Assembly: GCA_016777225.1 (NCBI GenBank)
Contig: JADHRW010000001.1
Span: 170,981 to 234,980, forward strand
DNA: 64,000 bases
Reading direction: 5' to 3'
DNA from: Candidatus Thalassarchaeum sp.
GTDB taxonomy: Archaea; Thermoplasmatota; Poseidoniia; Poseidoniales; Thalassarchaeaceae
The notes below the pieces were generated by a model. It saw only the letters and a program-made list of their open reading frames with translations, searched no databases and was not told where the DNA came from. Position numbers and translations under genes: made by a program. Within the stretch, counting starts at the first letter, position 1. Each line of letters starts with the position of its first letter. Positions 49,475 through 58,367 of this stretch are shown here, piece after piece.

Positions 49475-51379
49475 CTAAGAATCAATTTCTCCTGTTTGGA
49501 TTGACCATTGAGACGCATATACGTTGTTATTTTCCACTAACTTATCGTGAGTTCCACGTTCTACTATAACACCATCAACTAATGCGATAATTTCATCTGA
49601 ATTTCTAATCGTCGCTAATCTATGAGCAACTGCAATAGTAATTCTTTTCTTATCTCCGTTAGAACCACCAAAGAGTGACTGTTGAATTCTCTTTTCAGTT
49701 TCAGCATCTAGAGCAGCACTAGCTTCATCGAGAATAAGAAGATCTGGATTATTGAGAAGAGCACGGGCCAAACTAATCCTTGCTCTTTGACCACCTGAAA
49801 GCATTACGCCACGGTCACCTACCATGGTATCAATTCCATTTGAAAGTTTAGAAGTAAATTCCCATGCACCTGCTGTCTCTAAGGCAGTTTTAATTTCCTC
49901 ATCCGTAGCATCACGAGCATACGCTATATTCTCACGAAGAGTACCGAAAAAGAGGAATGGCTCTTGAGATACAAAACCAATTCGTTTCCTAACTGAACTA
50001 ATTGAATACTCGTTTATATCAATATCATTAACCAAGATTTGACCACTCTGAGGTTCATAAAATCTTTCTAATAACTTCAAAATAGTACTTTTACCTGCAC
50101 CTGTATGCCCCATGACTCCAAGGAAATCTCCTGAAGATGCTTTGAAAGAGATACAATTCAGAACGTTTCCTTCAGATGAAGGATAAGAGAAAGATACGTT
50201 ATCGAAAGAGATAGAAGTTATAGGGCCATCAAGTTCAATAGCTCCTTCTTTATCAAAGATTGAGGGTTCTAAATCAATTAGGGCAAATACTCTCTTTGAA
50301 GATGCCTCTCCTTTTTGCAGTTGGTTGAGTAGTAATCCTAAGATGAACATAGGCATTGTCATTCTAGTAGAGATTAAGAGAAATGTCACAAACTGTCCGA
50401 CTGTAATTTCTTCTGAAGCCATTACCCAACCACCGGCTGAAACAAGAAGCCCGAAAGATAGTCCAGCAACTACATATATCCCAGGAATAAATCGATTTCT
50501 CACAAATGCTGCTGATATCGATTGATCACGATACTCACCACTTTGGCGTCCTATTCTGGAACTCTCAAAATTAGTAGCATTGTATGCCTGAACTACTGTT
50601 ATTCCTGATAAAACATTCTCCAAAATAGCTACAATTCCTCCAGTACTTTCCCTAGTTTTTCTATATTTGCGTTGAACACGAGTAGAGAACCACACTACCA
50701 TAGGTACGATTAGAGCCAAAGGAGCAAAAAGAATCACGGCTAATGTAGGCGACATCCAGAACATTATAGCAAATGCAGTGGCAAAGGTCATGACTAATCG
50801 AATCATACTAGTACTAGCATCAGAAATTATATCTTCTAACTGCGCTACATCCGCAGAAAGAACTGACATCAGATTTCCAGTTTGCCTAGTTTCAAAATAT
50901 GATGCTTCCATAGCCATTAATGAATCAGTAGCATCCATTCTGATATCATGTTGAGCCATGTAGGCGGTCGACTGCCATAATTGATTACTAAGCCCCTGAA
51001 AGATTGCAAGAAATGTGAAACATATTAATATCAAAAAGCCAAAACCGAATTCTACTGAATTCATAGGACCTAGAGAGGGAAGAATGTCAGAAGTTACAAA
51101 ACTTTCAATGGTACTGTCAGTAAAGGTCCCATCTCTATAATAATCTGCTGCCATACCAATAGCAATGAATGGTATCAGATCAAATGCTCTGGCTATTCCA
51201 TTAGTTACAATACCACCCAATGCCCTCTTCCAATATGTTTTCAGATAGGGCACAATCCTCCAAATCTTACGGCCAACAATTTGTTTATCATCAAGAAGAT
51301 CTGATTCATCTTTACTGAGTCCAAATCCATTGGACACCGGGGTACCTTGCTCGTCAGACATAGTACAACGCAGGGGCAA
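49475..51379 (-). CDS. ABC transporter, fused permease/ATP-binding (MsbA/multidrug-exporter type)
   Basis: 634-aa ORF with a 6-TM N-terminal domain. The C-terminal nucleotide-binding domain has Walker A (GHTGAGKST), the ABC signature (LSGGQRARISLARAL) and Walker B (ILILDEASAALD). Confidence 0.85.
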   Translation of the reverse strand: MPLRCTMSDEQGTPVSNGFGLSKDESDLLDDKQIVGRKIWRIVPYLKTYWKRALGGIVTNGIARAFDLIPFIAIGMAADYYRDGTFTDSTIESFVTSDILPSLGPMNSVEFGFGFLILICFTFLAIFQGLSNQLWQSTAYMAQHDIRMDATDSLMAMEASYFETRQTGNLMSVLSADVAQLEDIISDASTSMIRLVMTFATAFAIMFWMSPTLAVILFAPLALIVPMVVWFSTRVQRKYRKTRESTGGIVAILENVLSGITVVQAYNATNFESSRIGRQSGEYRDQSISAAFVRNRFIPGIYVVAGLSFGLLVSAGGWVMASEEITVGQFVTFLLISTRMTMPMFILGLLLNQLQKGEASSKRVFALIDLEPSIFDKEGAIELDGPITSISFDNVSFSYPSSEGNVLNCISFKASSGDFLGVMGHTGAGKSTILKLLERFYEPQSGQILVNDIDINEYSISSVRKRIGFVSQEPFLFFGTLRENIAYARDATDEEIKTALETAGAWEFTSKLSNGIDTMVGDRGVMLSGGQRARISLARALLNNPDLLILDEASAALDAETEKRIQQSLFGGSNGDKKRITIAVAHRLATIRNSDEIIALVDGVIVERGTHDKLVENNNVYASQWSIQTGEIDS

Positions 51380-51419
51380 AGGTGTTTCAATATGATAGAT
51401 GAAAAGTTTGTGATTTCTT

Positions 51420-51494
51420 TGGTGCGCCCGCCGGGATTTGAACCCGGGACATGAGGTTGGAAACCTCAGGTGATAACCCCTTCACTACAGGCGC
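51420..51494 (-). tRNA. tRNA-Gly (anticodon UCC), genomically encoded CCA
   Basis: Hand-folded cloverleaf: acceptor GCGCCTG/CGGGCGC, D arm GTGA-AGGGGTTA-TCAC, anticodon stem TGAGG/CCTCA with loop TTTCCAA (anticodon TCC), T arm CCGGG-TTCAAAT-CCCGG, then ACCA. Confidence 0.85.
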
Positions 51495-51769
51495 GATGAC
51501 CGTCCGAGCATAGGGCCTTTCTAAACTAATTCGGTTACATCTGTTCAAATGTCAGTAGCATATCGGAGTATTATGCTCGTACGTCAGAGAATCGGAATTC
51601 TATTTATGATAATCTTCTTACCGATAAATGGACCGATACTCAGATTGGGAATTAAAGAATTAATTAATCAACCGTTACCAATAGGGGAGTTTGATTTCTT
51701 TGCCCTATGTGTTCTAATGTTCTTAGGAGGTGGAGTGATGACTTTCACCCCAAAACTAAAATTCCCAAC

Positions 51770-52657
51770 TCAAGAATAGAGAATATTAGGCCAATTAGAA
51801 TGAATATTGTTTATTATTTTACAAATATCGTCTTCAGAATAGCCTTTTTCAATCAATTCTTTAGATAATTGATGAGTTCTTTTAGCTACAGTTTTCGGCC
51901 CTAGTACAGCCCCAGGTCTCTTTGGATCATCTAAGAAATCTGTTTCCATACCCCAATATGAATTAGATTTACTGAGTGTTTCAACTATTTTTTGAATACT
52001 ACCTTTACCTACACTAACTGTCGCGCTTAAACCATGAGTGAATTCTTCACTAATATCTGCAGGAGCATAATGACGAATTGCAAGATATCTAGGTAGAGAG
52101 GCTTCATCACAAAGTTTTGCTAAGTCAGAATATGTTTTTTCACCATTATCTTCAACATGTAGCTGTATACTTACTTCTGCTTCAGCTGCCAATTTCATTA
52201 TTTCCAGTAGTAAGGAATTAGATGCCTCCCATATTTTTTCATTTACTGGATAATGAGGTCTTCCGACCTCACCCAAGCATACAGCATCGCCTTTAGAAAT
52301 ATATTCTAATGCTAATTTAATTGCTTCAAGATGAAGAGTTGTTGATTTTTCTAAACCAATTGTGTGAATTTGATGTTCCCAAGCCACAGGATGTGGGCCA
52401 AGGATTACAGATACAGATATTGTAAATTGATTACGAATCTCCTTTGCCATCTGTAAAGTTTCTTCATATGCATCTCTGTATTCAGATAGTGATTCAGGAA
52501 GACGGGAAAAATTAGGTTTATGTACTAAATTAATTCCAGTACCGCCAGAATTAGCAAATTCCCTAATTGCTTCAAGAAAATGATTATTACGATCTAAGTG
52601 AATATGTTGGTCTAATATTGGTCCTATCCAACGACCATTTTCAAACATATTTCTCAC
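51770..52657 (-). CDS. TatD-family metal-dependent hydrolase / deoxyribonuclease-like TIM-barrel protein
   Basis: 295-aa ORF with an N-terminal metal-binding motif (LDQHIHLD) and conserved His/Glu/Asp positions consistent with TatD-related hydrolases. It overlaps the upstream gene by 4 nt. Confidence 0.55.
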   Translation of the reverse strand: MRNMFENGRWIGPILDQHIHLDRNNHFLEAIREFANSGGTGINLVHKPNFSRLPESLSEYRDAYEETLQMAKEIRNQFTISVSVILGPHPVAWEHQIHTIGLEKSTTLHLEAIKLALEYISKGDAVCLGEVGRPHYPVNEKIWEASNSLLLEIMKLAAEAEVSIQLHVEDNGEKTYSDLAKLCDEASLPRYLAIRHYAPADISEEFTHGLSATVSVGKGSIQKIVETLSKSNSYWGMETDFLDDPKRPGAVLGPKTVAKRTHQLSKELIEKGYSEDDICKIINNIHSNWPNILYS

Positions 52658-53181
52658 GCTAATGCGCCTTCATCATCTAATTGTGAAGACCAGTGTCTAA
52701 TTGCCATTTCTGCGATTCTTTTCGATGTTTGTTTGAGAATTATTCCATGACCGTTGTTGAATAATAAAATTGTACATTTATGCCTTTCAGCATCTATTCT
52801 TAATGCGCCAATTCTAGCATCATAATTAATCTCAGAGAATCTATCAGCCGCTAAATCCATCAATACAGCTCTACCTATTGAAAAACGGATAATCATATCA
52901 CCAGAATCTACAATTAACCACTCATCAGACATTCCTAAAGTCAGTAGTAATTCTTGAACAGCCAGTCGAGCAACCTCACTCCTTGATATCCCATGTACTA
53001 AAACTGAGCCTTCAGGCTCAATTACAAGTGTAGCATGAGGGTTTTCATGAACAATTACTACGTATTCGCCGGATAATACACCTTTACCTAAACTAACTGC
53101 TTCTTCATGATTAATCGGTTCAGATGAAGTGAAACGAAAAGTTTGTGTTTCAACATCTAGATTTATTTTAATTTCGTCCAT
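52654..53181 (-). CDS. Highly divergent TATA-box-binding-protein (TBP)-fold protein with two repeats
   Basis: 175-aa ORF with two roughly 85-aa repeats that align to the TBP repeat pattern (INLDV...EY...ATLVIEPEGSVLVHGISRSEVARLAVQELLLTLG; FSIGRAVLMDLAA...CTILLFNNGHGIILKQTSKRIAEMAIRHW). The canonical SGK motif and the stirrup Phe residues are not conserved. Confidence 0.4.
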   Translation of the reverse strand: MDEIKINLDVETQTFRFTSSEPINHEEAVSLGKGVLSGEYVVIVHENPHATLVIEPEGSVLVHGISRSEVARLAVQELLLTLGMSDEWLIVDSGDMIIRFSIGRAVLMDLAADRFSEINYDARIGALRIDAERHKCTILLFNNGHGIILKQTSKRIAEMAIRHWSSQLDDEGALA

Positions 53182-53182
53182 T

Positions 53183-53980
53183 TTATTCCTCCGGAGTAAT
53201 TGTTTCTATATCCAAACATGAACTAATAGCCTTCTTAATCGAGGGCAACCAAGCCTGATGGATAGGAACCAACAAAGTAGTCTCCTGTGCTTTACTATCA
53301 TCAACCCTACTATTACGTAGGTCTCTTAATGAACCTCTAATTCTTGACACAAACCTACTATCTCTTGAATTAATTAATTCATTAGAAATACCGCGCTGCT
53401 CCTCTATCCACCAAGTCATTGCTGATGCTGCTGCTGCACCCAAGTCTGCATCAACTCCTTTAGCAGACGATACTGAGCCTATTGCATTTTTTCTAATTTT
53501 TTTCCAACGTCTACCAGTTGTTAAAGTCAAAAATAGATTTGAATAAGTAACTTGTAGATCTGCACTACTTATTTGCCAATCAATCCAATCTTCATCATCA
53601 AGACTGGGTTCAATAGCATAAATTGGCATGCCTCCACGAGCGTTTTGAGCATGAAGAAGTAGACGTATTTGTTCAGGATCAGGAATTACTGGACCATCGA
53701 CGTTCAATTCATTTAAATCACTCATTAGTCGTCCAAGAACAGTACCTGATGCAATGGCTGAATCACGATGAATACCAGGGCTATCTCGTTCTTGCTCGGC
53801 CTCAATAATCCAAGATTTTAGATCTATTGAAGAGGTCAAAAAAGCTATTCCATGGAAATTTGAATGAGACCTTAACTTAGTTGGCATACGTAAACATGGT
53901 ATATGTGGCCAAAATATGATTTTACCACCATCAGGGTCTTTGAAATGATACTCACCCCATACTAGTTCTGGCATCTCCAT
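53183..53980 (-). CDS. Hypothetical protein (first gene of the operon with the TBP-like and TatD genes)
   Basis: 265-aa ORF with no recognisable motif. It is separated from the TBP-like gene by 1 nt. Confidence 0.4.
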   Translation of the reverse strand: MEMPELVWGEYHFKDPDGGKIIFWPHIPCLRMPTKLRSHSNFHGIAFLTSSIDLKSWIIEAEQERDSPGIHRDSAIASGTVLGRLMSDLNELNVDGPVIPDPEQIRLLLHAQNARGGMPIYAIEPSLDDEDWIDWQISSADLQVTYSNLFLTLTTGRRWKKIRKNAIGSVSSAKGVDADLGAAAASAMTWWIEEQRGISNELINSRDSRFVSRIRGSLRDLRNSRVDDSKAQETTLLVPIHQAWLPSIKKAISSCLDIETITPEE

Positions 53981-54078
53981 ACCTATCCGAAACAGTACTT
54001 AGGATTGAATACAACGGTTAGAAAACTAGAGATTATTGTAAAAACAATATGATAGTTTCAAGTTTGATGAGGTTTTGA

Positions 54079-54543
54079 GTGGCTTTGATAGACATGAACG
54101 AGGCCTACTCTACAGACCCAGTAATTCAATTAAATGAAGTATTTCCAGGAGATACCAATGCCCTAGATACACTATTCGGAGGAAGACTGATGGCAATCAT
54201 GGATACCACTGCAGGGATGGCTGCTTCTAAGTTCGCACATAGAAATTTTGTAACTGTTTCAGTTGATGCATTAAAATTTAGAAGACCTGCCTATCAAGGA
54301 GATATTATTCGAACGACTGCAAAAGTAGTATGGACATCGCCAAGAACTGCAGGGATACATGTAATCTCATGTAGATTATCAAGATCTGAATGGGTTGGTG
54401 AAGAAATTTGTTCTGGTTTCTTTTTTATGGTCGCAATAGATAGAGATATGAAGGCAATTAATATCCCCCAATTTGAACCAAAAACTGATGAGGAAAAAGA
54501 ATTATGGAACTCAGCGAAGAAAGCCAGAGATGCAATGAGTTGA
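54079..54543 (+). CDS. Acyl-CoA thioesterase (hotdog fold, YciA/Acot7-like)
   Basis: 154-aa ORF with a hotdog thioesterase pattern (GDTNALDTLFGGRLMAIMDTTAGMAA...VTVSVDALKFRRPAYQGDII). Confidence 0.75.
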   Translation: MALIDMNEAYSTDPVIQLNEVFPGDTNALDTLFGGRLMAIMDTTAGMAASKFAHRNFVTVSVDALKFRRPAYQGDIIRTTAKVVWTSPRTAGIHVISCRLSRSEWVGEEICSGFFFMVAIDRDMKAINIPQFEPKTDEEKELWNSAKKARDAMS

Positions 54544-54583
54544 ACATTACAATAACCTCCACCACCGTTCCTTTCAACAAGGG

Positions 54584-55576
54584 ATGGCTATTCGGATATT
54601 TGTGCCTGTACTCAATGTTGCCTTTGTTGGCTCGGAAAATCTCGCTAGAAGTATTGCGAAAAAAGGAGATGTTAGAGATATTGAATCATATGTTTTCAAA
54701 GAAGAAAAAAATGGGATAACACAAATAATTTCTTTACTTAGGCCACTAAAACATCCTGAAAAAATAAGACCTTTGCTTTCAGTACTTAATGTAGCTAAAG
54801 TTGGAATAATTGAAGTGTCTAAAGTTGATTCATCGTTAGGAGAAATTTGCGTGGCTTTTGGTTGTGCAGGAATCAAAAAAGGACTAGTAATCATAAATGC
54901 AGAAACTGGAGGGTGGGTAGATCCTGAACAAGTAAAAATGATTATTCAACAGTCAGGATTAGAAGATTGGGAGTTATGTGAAAATGTTCCAGATGAACAT
55001 GAAATTCGAGAAAAATTATTCAATTTCATGGATGAAGTCAAGGAAAATAATGAAGCTTTAATTATCCCAGTTGATCAATATTTTAATGTTAAAGGAGTGG
55101 GATTGGTGGCTATTGGATACGTACAATCAGGTTCGGTTTCTAAGCACGATAATATACAAGTTCTGCCTGTTGGAGAAAATGGGATTGTTAGAAGTCTGCA
55201 AGTTATGGATGATGATGTAGAAATTGCAGTATCAGGAGATAGAGTAGGTTTAGCAATAAGAAATCTTAGAGAAGAAGCATTACACAGAGGTTGTATGGTA
55301 ACACATGTAGATTCTGAAGCATTGGTTAAGAATATTTCATCTACTTTTGAGATTAAAAAAGCGCCTTTTCAAAAGCGTGAATTAGAAATTGGAGACGTCA
55401 TACATGCAGCAGTGGATATGCAATTTATCGTAGGGAGAGTTAGTAACAAAGAAAGTACTAATTTCACAGTAGAATGGGAAGTCCCACTTTGGACACGATT
55501 AATCGATAGCCCACCCATTATCATCACTCAATTAGATGCTACTCCAATGCGTATTATTGGCACAACTATTTTTTAA
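54584..55576 (+). CDS. EF-Tu/SelB-like pseudo-GTPase (degenerate G domain lacking the P-loop, with beta-barrel domains II/III retained); aSelB-like paralog
   Basis: 330-aa ORF. Where the P-loop G1 GHVDHGKT should be, it has NVAFVGSENLARSIAKKG, so Walker A is lost. A remnant G4 (SKVD) is present. The beta-barrel domain II (VKGVGLVAIGYVQSGSVSKHDNIQVLPVG) and domain III are of the translation-GTPase type. Confidence 0.55.
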   Translation: MAIRIFVPVLNVAFVGSENLARSIAKKGDVRDIESYVFKEEKNGITQIISLLRPLKHPEKIRPLLSVLNVAKVGIIEVSKVDSSLGEICVAFGCAGIKKGLVIINAETGGWVDPEQVKMIIQQSGLEDWELCENVPDEHEIREKLFNFMDEVKENNEALIIPVDQYFNVKGVGLVAIGYVQSGSVSKHDNIQVLPVGENGIVRSLQVMDDDVEIAVSGDRVGLAIRNLREEALHRGCMVTHVDSEALVKNISSTFEIKKAPFQKRELEIGDVIHAAVDMQFIVGRVSNKESTNFTVEWEVPLWTRLIDSPPIIITQLDATPMRIIGTTIF

Positions 55577-55668
55577 AATCGGCGACGTACAAAACCTATG
55601 CTAAGAGTGCCAATAATACACTCAACTAACCGAGTTATTATATCGTCGACGAGTTACTCGCGGACTGG

Positions 55669-57393
55669 ATGCACACGTTCGGGCGTAATGCCCGACCGGA
55701 TGAGGGTGAGTCGGCACTGTTCGGCAACCTCTCTTTGGTTGGGGTAGGGGGTAAGTTTACGATTACCGTAAATCAGCGGCAGCTAATTCTATCAAATAGC
55801 CTAAATAAAGGTATGAGGCTAGATTTAGCATCTATTTCTAGAACAAGAAGTATTGACATCCCTCGATTACCAGGAGGTATTGTATTATGGGGTGGAGCAG
55901 CGTGCTATTTAGGAGCCACAATACTAATTCCACCATTAGGATATGCCGTAACTCTACTAGGTGCAGGATCTATGCTTTCACATTTTATATTAAAAAATCC
56001 TGCATTGGTAATTGAAACAAGTATTGGAGGCAGACATATTATTCAGTCTAAATTACATGATCATGAAACTTTATTGAAATTACAAATGATGATTCAAAAA
56101 GTGAGTAATGGCCAAACAGTATCTGAAGCCAAAGCATCATTAGAGAAGGAATTTCAAAGAGTTTCGAACCCAGTAGTAAAACCAAAAGGACTTCTAAGCG
56201 CACCAAATATTGAGAGTTTAGCTGTAGATTATAGTAATGAAATTCAACCTCTACAAAGTCATTTGGAACCCCAAGTGAACATAAATAAAGTTCAACCAGA
56301 GATAGATATACTACCTTTTAATTTCCAAGAACCTACAATTGAACCCGATATTAATTCAGAGTTCAGTAATCCCAGTAATAAATATACAGCTCATGAAACA
56401 ACGTCAGCATATCAACAAACATGGGGTAGGAATGAACCCGAATGGTATAATGAAAAACAAGCAGAGAATCGTATAGATTCAGTATTAGAAGATGCTACAA
56501 TAGCAATGGATTCTAATATATTTGGATTTGGAGGAATTTTTGATTCTGAACCGGCTCCATCATCAGTCACAGAGCCCGTTAATTATTCTGCACCTCCTGA
56601 ACAACAACCATCATATCCTATACCTGAACAGTATATCAGTCAACAAAATAATCAAATTGAATCTACAAATTCGATCTTTGGAATAAGTAATAATGAAATC
56701 GATGTGCAAAATCGACCAACATCTAGCGCAGGAATGATAAGAGCAGCAAATGGATTAAGACGTAGTACAATAAATAATCATCAAAATAATTTACCATTAC
56801 CCGAACCTACTGATGAAGCAGTCAGAGGTGAATGTAGACCCGGTTTAGTAAAAAGAGCAAAAGCCCAACAATCATTACAGAGAAAAGCAGAAATCATGGC
56901 ATCATTACCTGCACCTGCTGATTTACAAGAATTCCCAGGATTATTGAATCTTGCTAATTCACTTGGAGATGGCCGTTTAGTATTAAGAAATCAACCAGTT
57001 AAAAGAAGAAAACTAGGGCTTCTCGAAAGACTATTAGTTCCAAGTTCACGCAATTACGTATCCAGTAAAACAGATTATGCATCAGAGTATGGAGACCCAG
57101 ATGGAATTAATGCTGATAAAAATTCAAGATTTCAGACATCTCAGAGTTTGAGAATAAGAAGTGATCAAGAACATCAAGCAGATGTTAAGAATAGAATTAC
57201 TCAGTCAACTCATACTGAGAGATCCTCTGCAATAGATGAATTACATAGAGTAGTTCAAAAAGTTGCAAATGGTGAAGAGCATAGTCCAATTGTTCTAATC
57301 AACGAAGAACCAATGTTAAGATTTAATCAAATGCGTAGAACATCGAATCAAGAAGATTCTGGTCATTTGAAAGGTATCAGAAGACTGGATTAA
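55669..57393 (+). CDS. Hypothetical protein with a small N-terminal domain, one or two TM helices and a long low-complexity (Q/N/P/S/E-rich) C-terminal region
   Basis: 574-aa ORF. The N-terminus (GKFTITVNQRQLILSN) is followed by a hydrophobic stretch (IVLWGGAACYLGATILIPPLGYAVTLLGAGSM). The remaining roughly 400 aa are compositionally biased. It is codirectional with and 92 nt downstream of the pseudo-GTPase. Confidence 0.4.
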   Translation: MHTFGRNARPDEGESALFGNLSLVGVGGKFTITVNQRQLILSNSLNKGMRLDLASISRTRSIDIPRLPGGIVLWGGAACYLGATILIPPLGYAVTLLGAGSMLSHFILKNPALVIETSIGGRHIIQSKLHDHETLLKLQMMIQKVSNGQTVSEAKASLEKEFQRVSNPVVKPKGLLSAPNIESLAVDYSNEIQPLQSHLEPQVNINKVQPEIDILPFNFQEPTIEPDINSEFSNPSNKYTAHETTSAYQQTWGRNEPEWYNEKQAENRIDSVLEDATIAMDSNIFGFGGIFDSEPAPSSVTEPVNYSAPPEQQPSYPIPEQYISQQNNQIESTNSIFGISNNEIDVQNRPTSSAGMIRAANGLRRSTINNHQNNLPLPEPTDEAVRGECRPGLVKRAKAQQSLQRKAEIMASLPAPADLQEFPGLLNLANSLGDGRLVLRNQPVKRRKLGLLERLLVPSSRNYVSSKTDYASEYGDPDGINADKNSRFQTSQSLRIRSDQEHQADVKNRITQSTHTERSSAIDELHRVVQKVANGEEHSPIVLINEEPMLRFNQMRRTSNQEDSGHLKGIRRLD

Positions 57394-58347
57394 TCATAAA
57401 CCTACAATTCTTCTATATTTGTCTAATCTTGCATGATATGAACCTCTTTCGATATTAGAAAGATTGGAACATCCCAAACCCTCAATTGTGAAAGATGCAG
57501 TGACGGTTGCATGAACTAAAGCATTACGAATAATATTGACATCATTGAGCGCACCGGGCCTCCCAGAAATATTTGCCAAAAATGCCCCAGCAAAAGAATC
57601 CCCACATCCAGTAGGATCGACTACATTACTTATTGGATAAGCAGGTAAAGCGACTAATCCAAATGGAAACTTAGCAATTACTCCACTACTCCCCCTCTTT
57701 ACTACTATACAACGAGGACCAGGGCCAGCAGACTCTCCACCATACAAAGCAGAACCTGACTGAAGAGAACTCATAGCACGTGGAAGAATTTCATCATTAG
57801 CGATGGCACAGACCTCTTCTTCATTGAGAATTGCTATATCTACTTTACGAAGAGCTTCTGAAAGTGTCTTTTTTTCTTCATTAATCCACATCATAAATGA
57901 GTCAAGTGCTGTGATTACTGCACTAGGACATTGATCTAAAACTGAAACTTGGGTAGCGGGGTGGGTATTAGCACAGAACAATATTTCTGGAATTCGCCAA
58001 GATTCTGGTATTTCGGGATTGAAATTTTCTAGAACATTGACATCAGTAGAAATTGTATTAGCATTTTCCATTGAACCTTGATACATACCTGACCAACGGA
58101 ATGTATCTCCATTTCGCATCACTACGCCGGCTAGATTTAATCCAGCTGATTCTAATTTCAATTGATCTGAGGTTGAGAAGTCTTGACCTACTGCGCTTAC
58201 AATACCAACATTAGGTGTGTTTTGAACATCTTCAAATTTATGAAAGGCAGCAGAAAGACCAGCATACGTTGCAGCACCACCTAATAGGTCAGAACCTTCT
58301 GCTTCAGGGGTTGAGATATCATCATAACCAATACTTCCAACAATCAA
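57394..58347 (-). CDS. PfkB-family carbohydrate/nucleoside kinase
   Basis: 317-aa ORF with the PfkB C-terminal signature DPTGCGDSFAGAF and an N-terminal GG dipeptide region. Confidence 0.75.
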   Translation of the reverse strand: MIVGSIGYDDISTPEAEGSDLLGGAATYAGLSAAFHKFEDVQNTPNVGIVSAVGQDFSTSDQLKLESAGLNLAGVVMRNGDTFRWSGMYQGSMENANTISTDVNVLENFNPEIPESWRIPEILFCANTHPATQVSVLDQCPSAVITALDSFMMWINEEKKTLSEALRKVDIAILNEEEVCAIANDEILPRAMSSLQSGSALYGGESAGPGPRCIVVKRGSSGVIAKFPFGLVALPAYPISNVVDPTGCGDSFAGAFLANISGRPGALNDVNIIRNALVHATVTASFTIEGLGCSNLSNIERGSYHARLDKYRRIVGL

Positions 58348-58367
58348 TATATCCAGAATCTCACCTC

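Noticed and set aside
51549-51779. 76-aa ORF between tRNA-Gly and the TatD gene
   Set aside because: It overlaps the TatD 3' end and is hydrophobic and low-complexity with no support. It is likely noncoding spacer.
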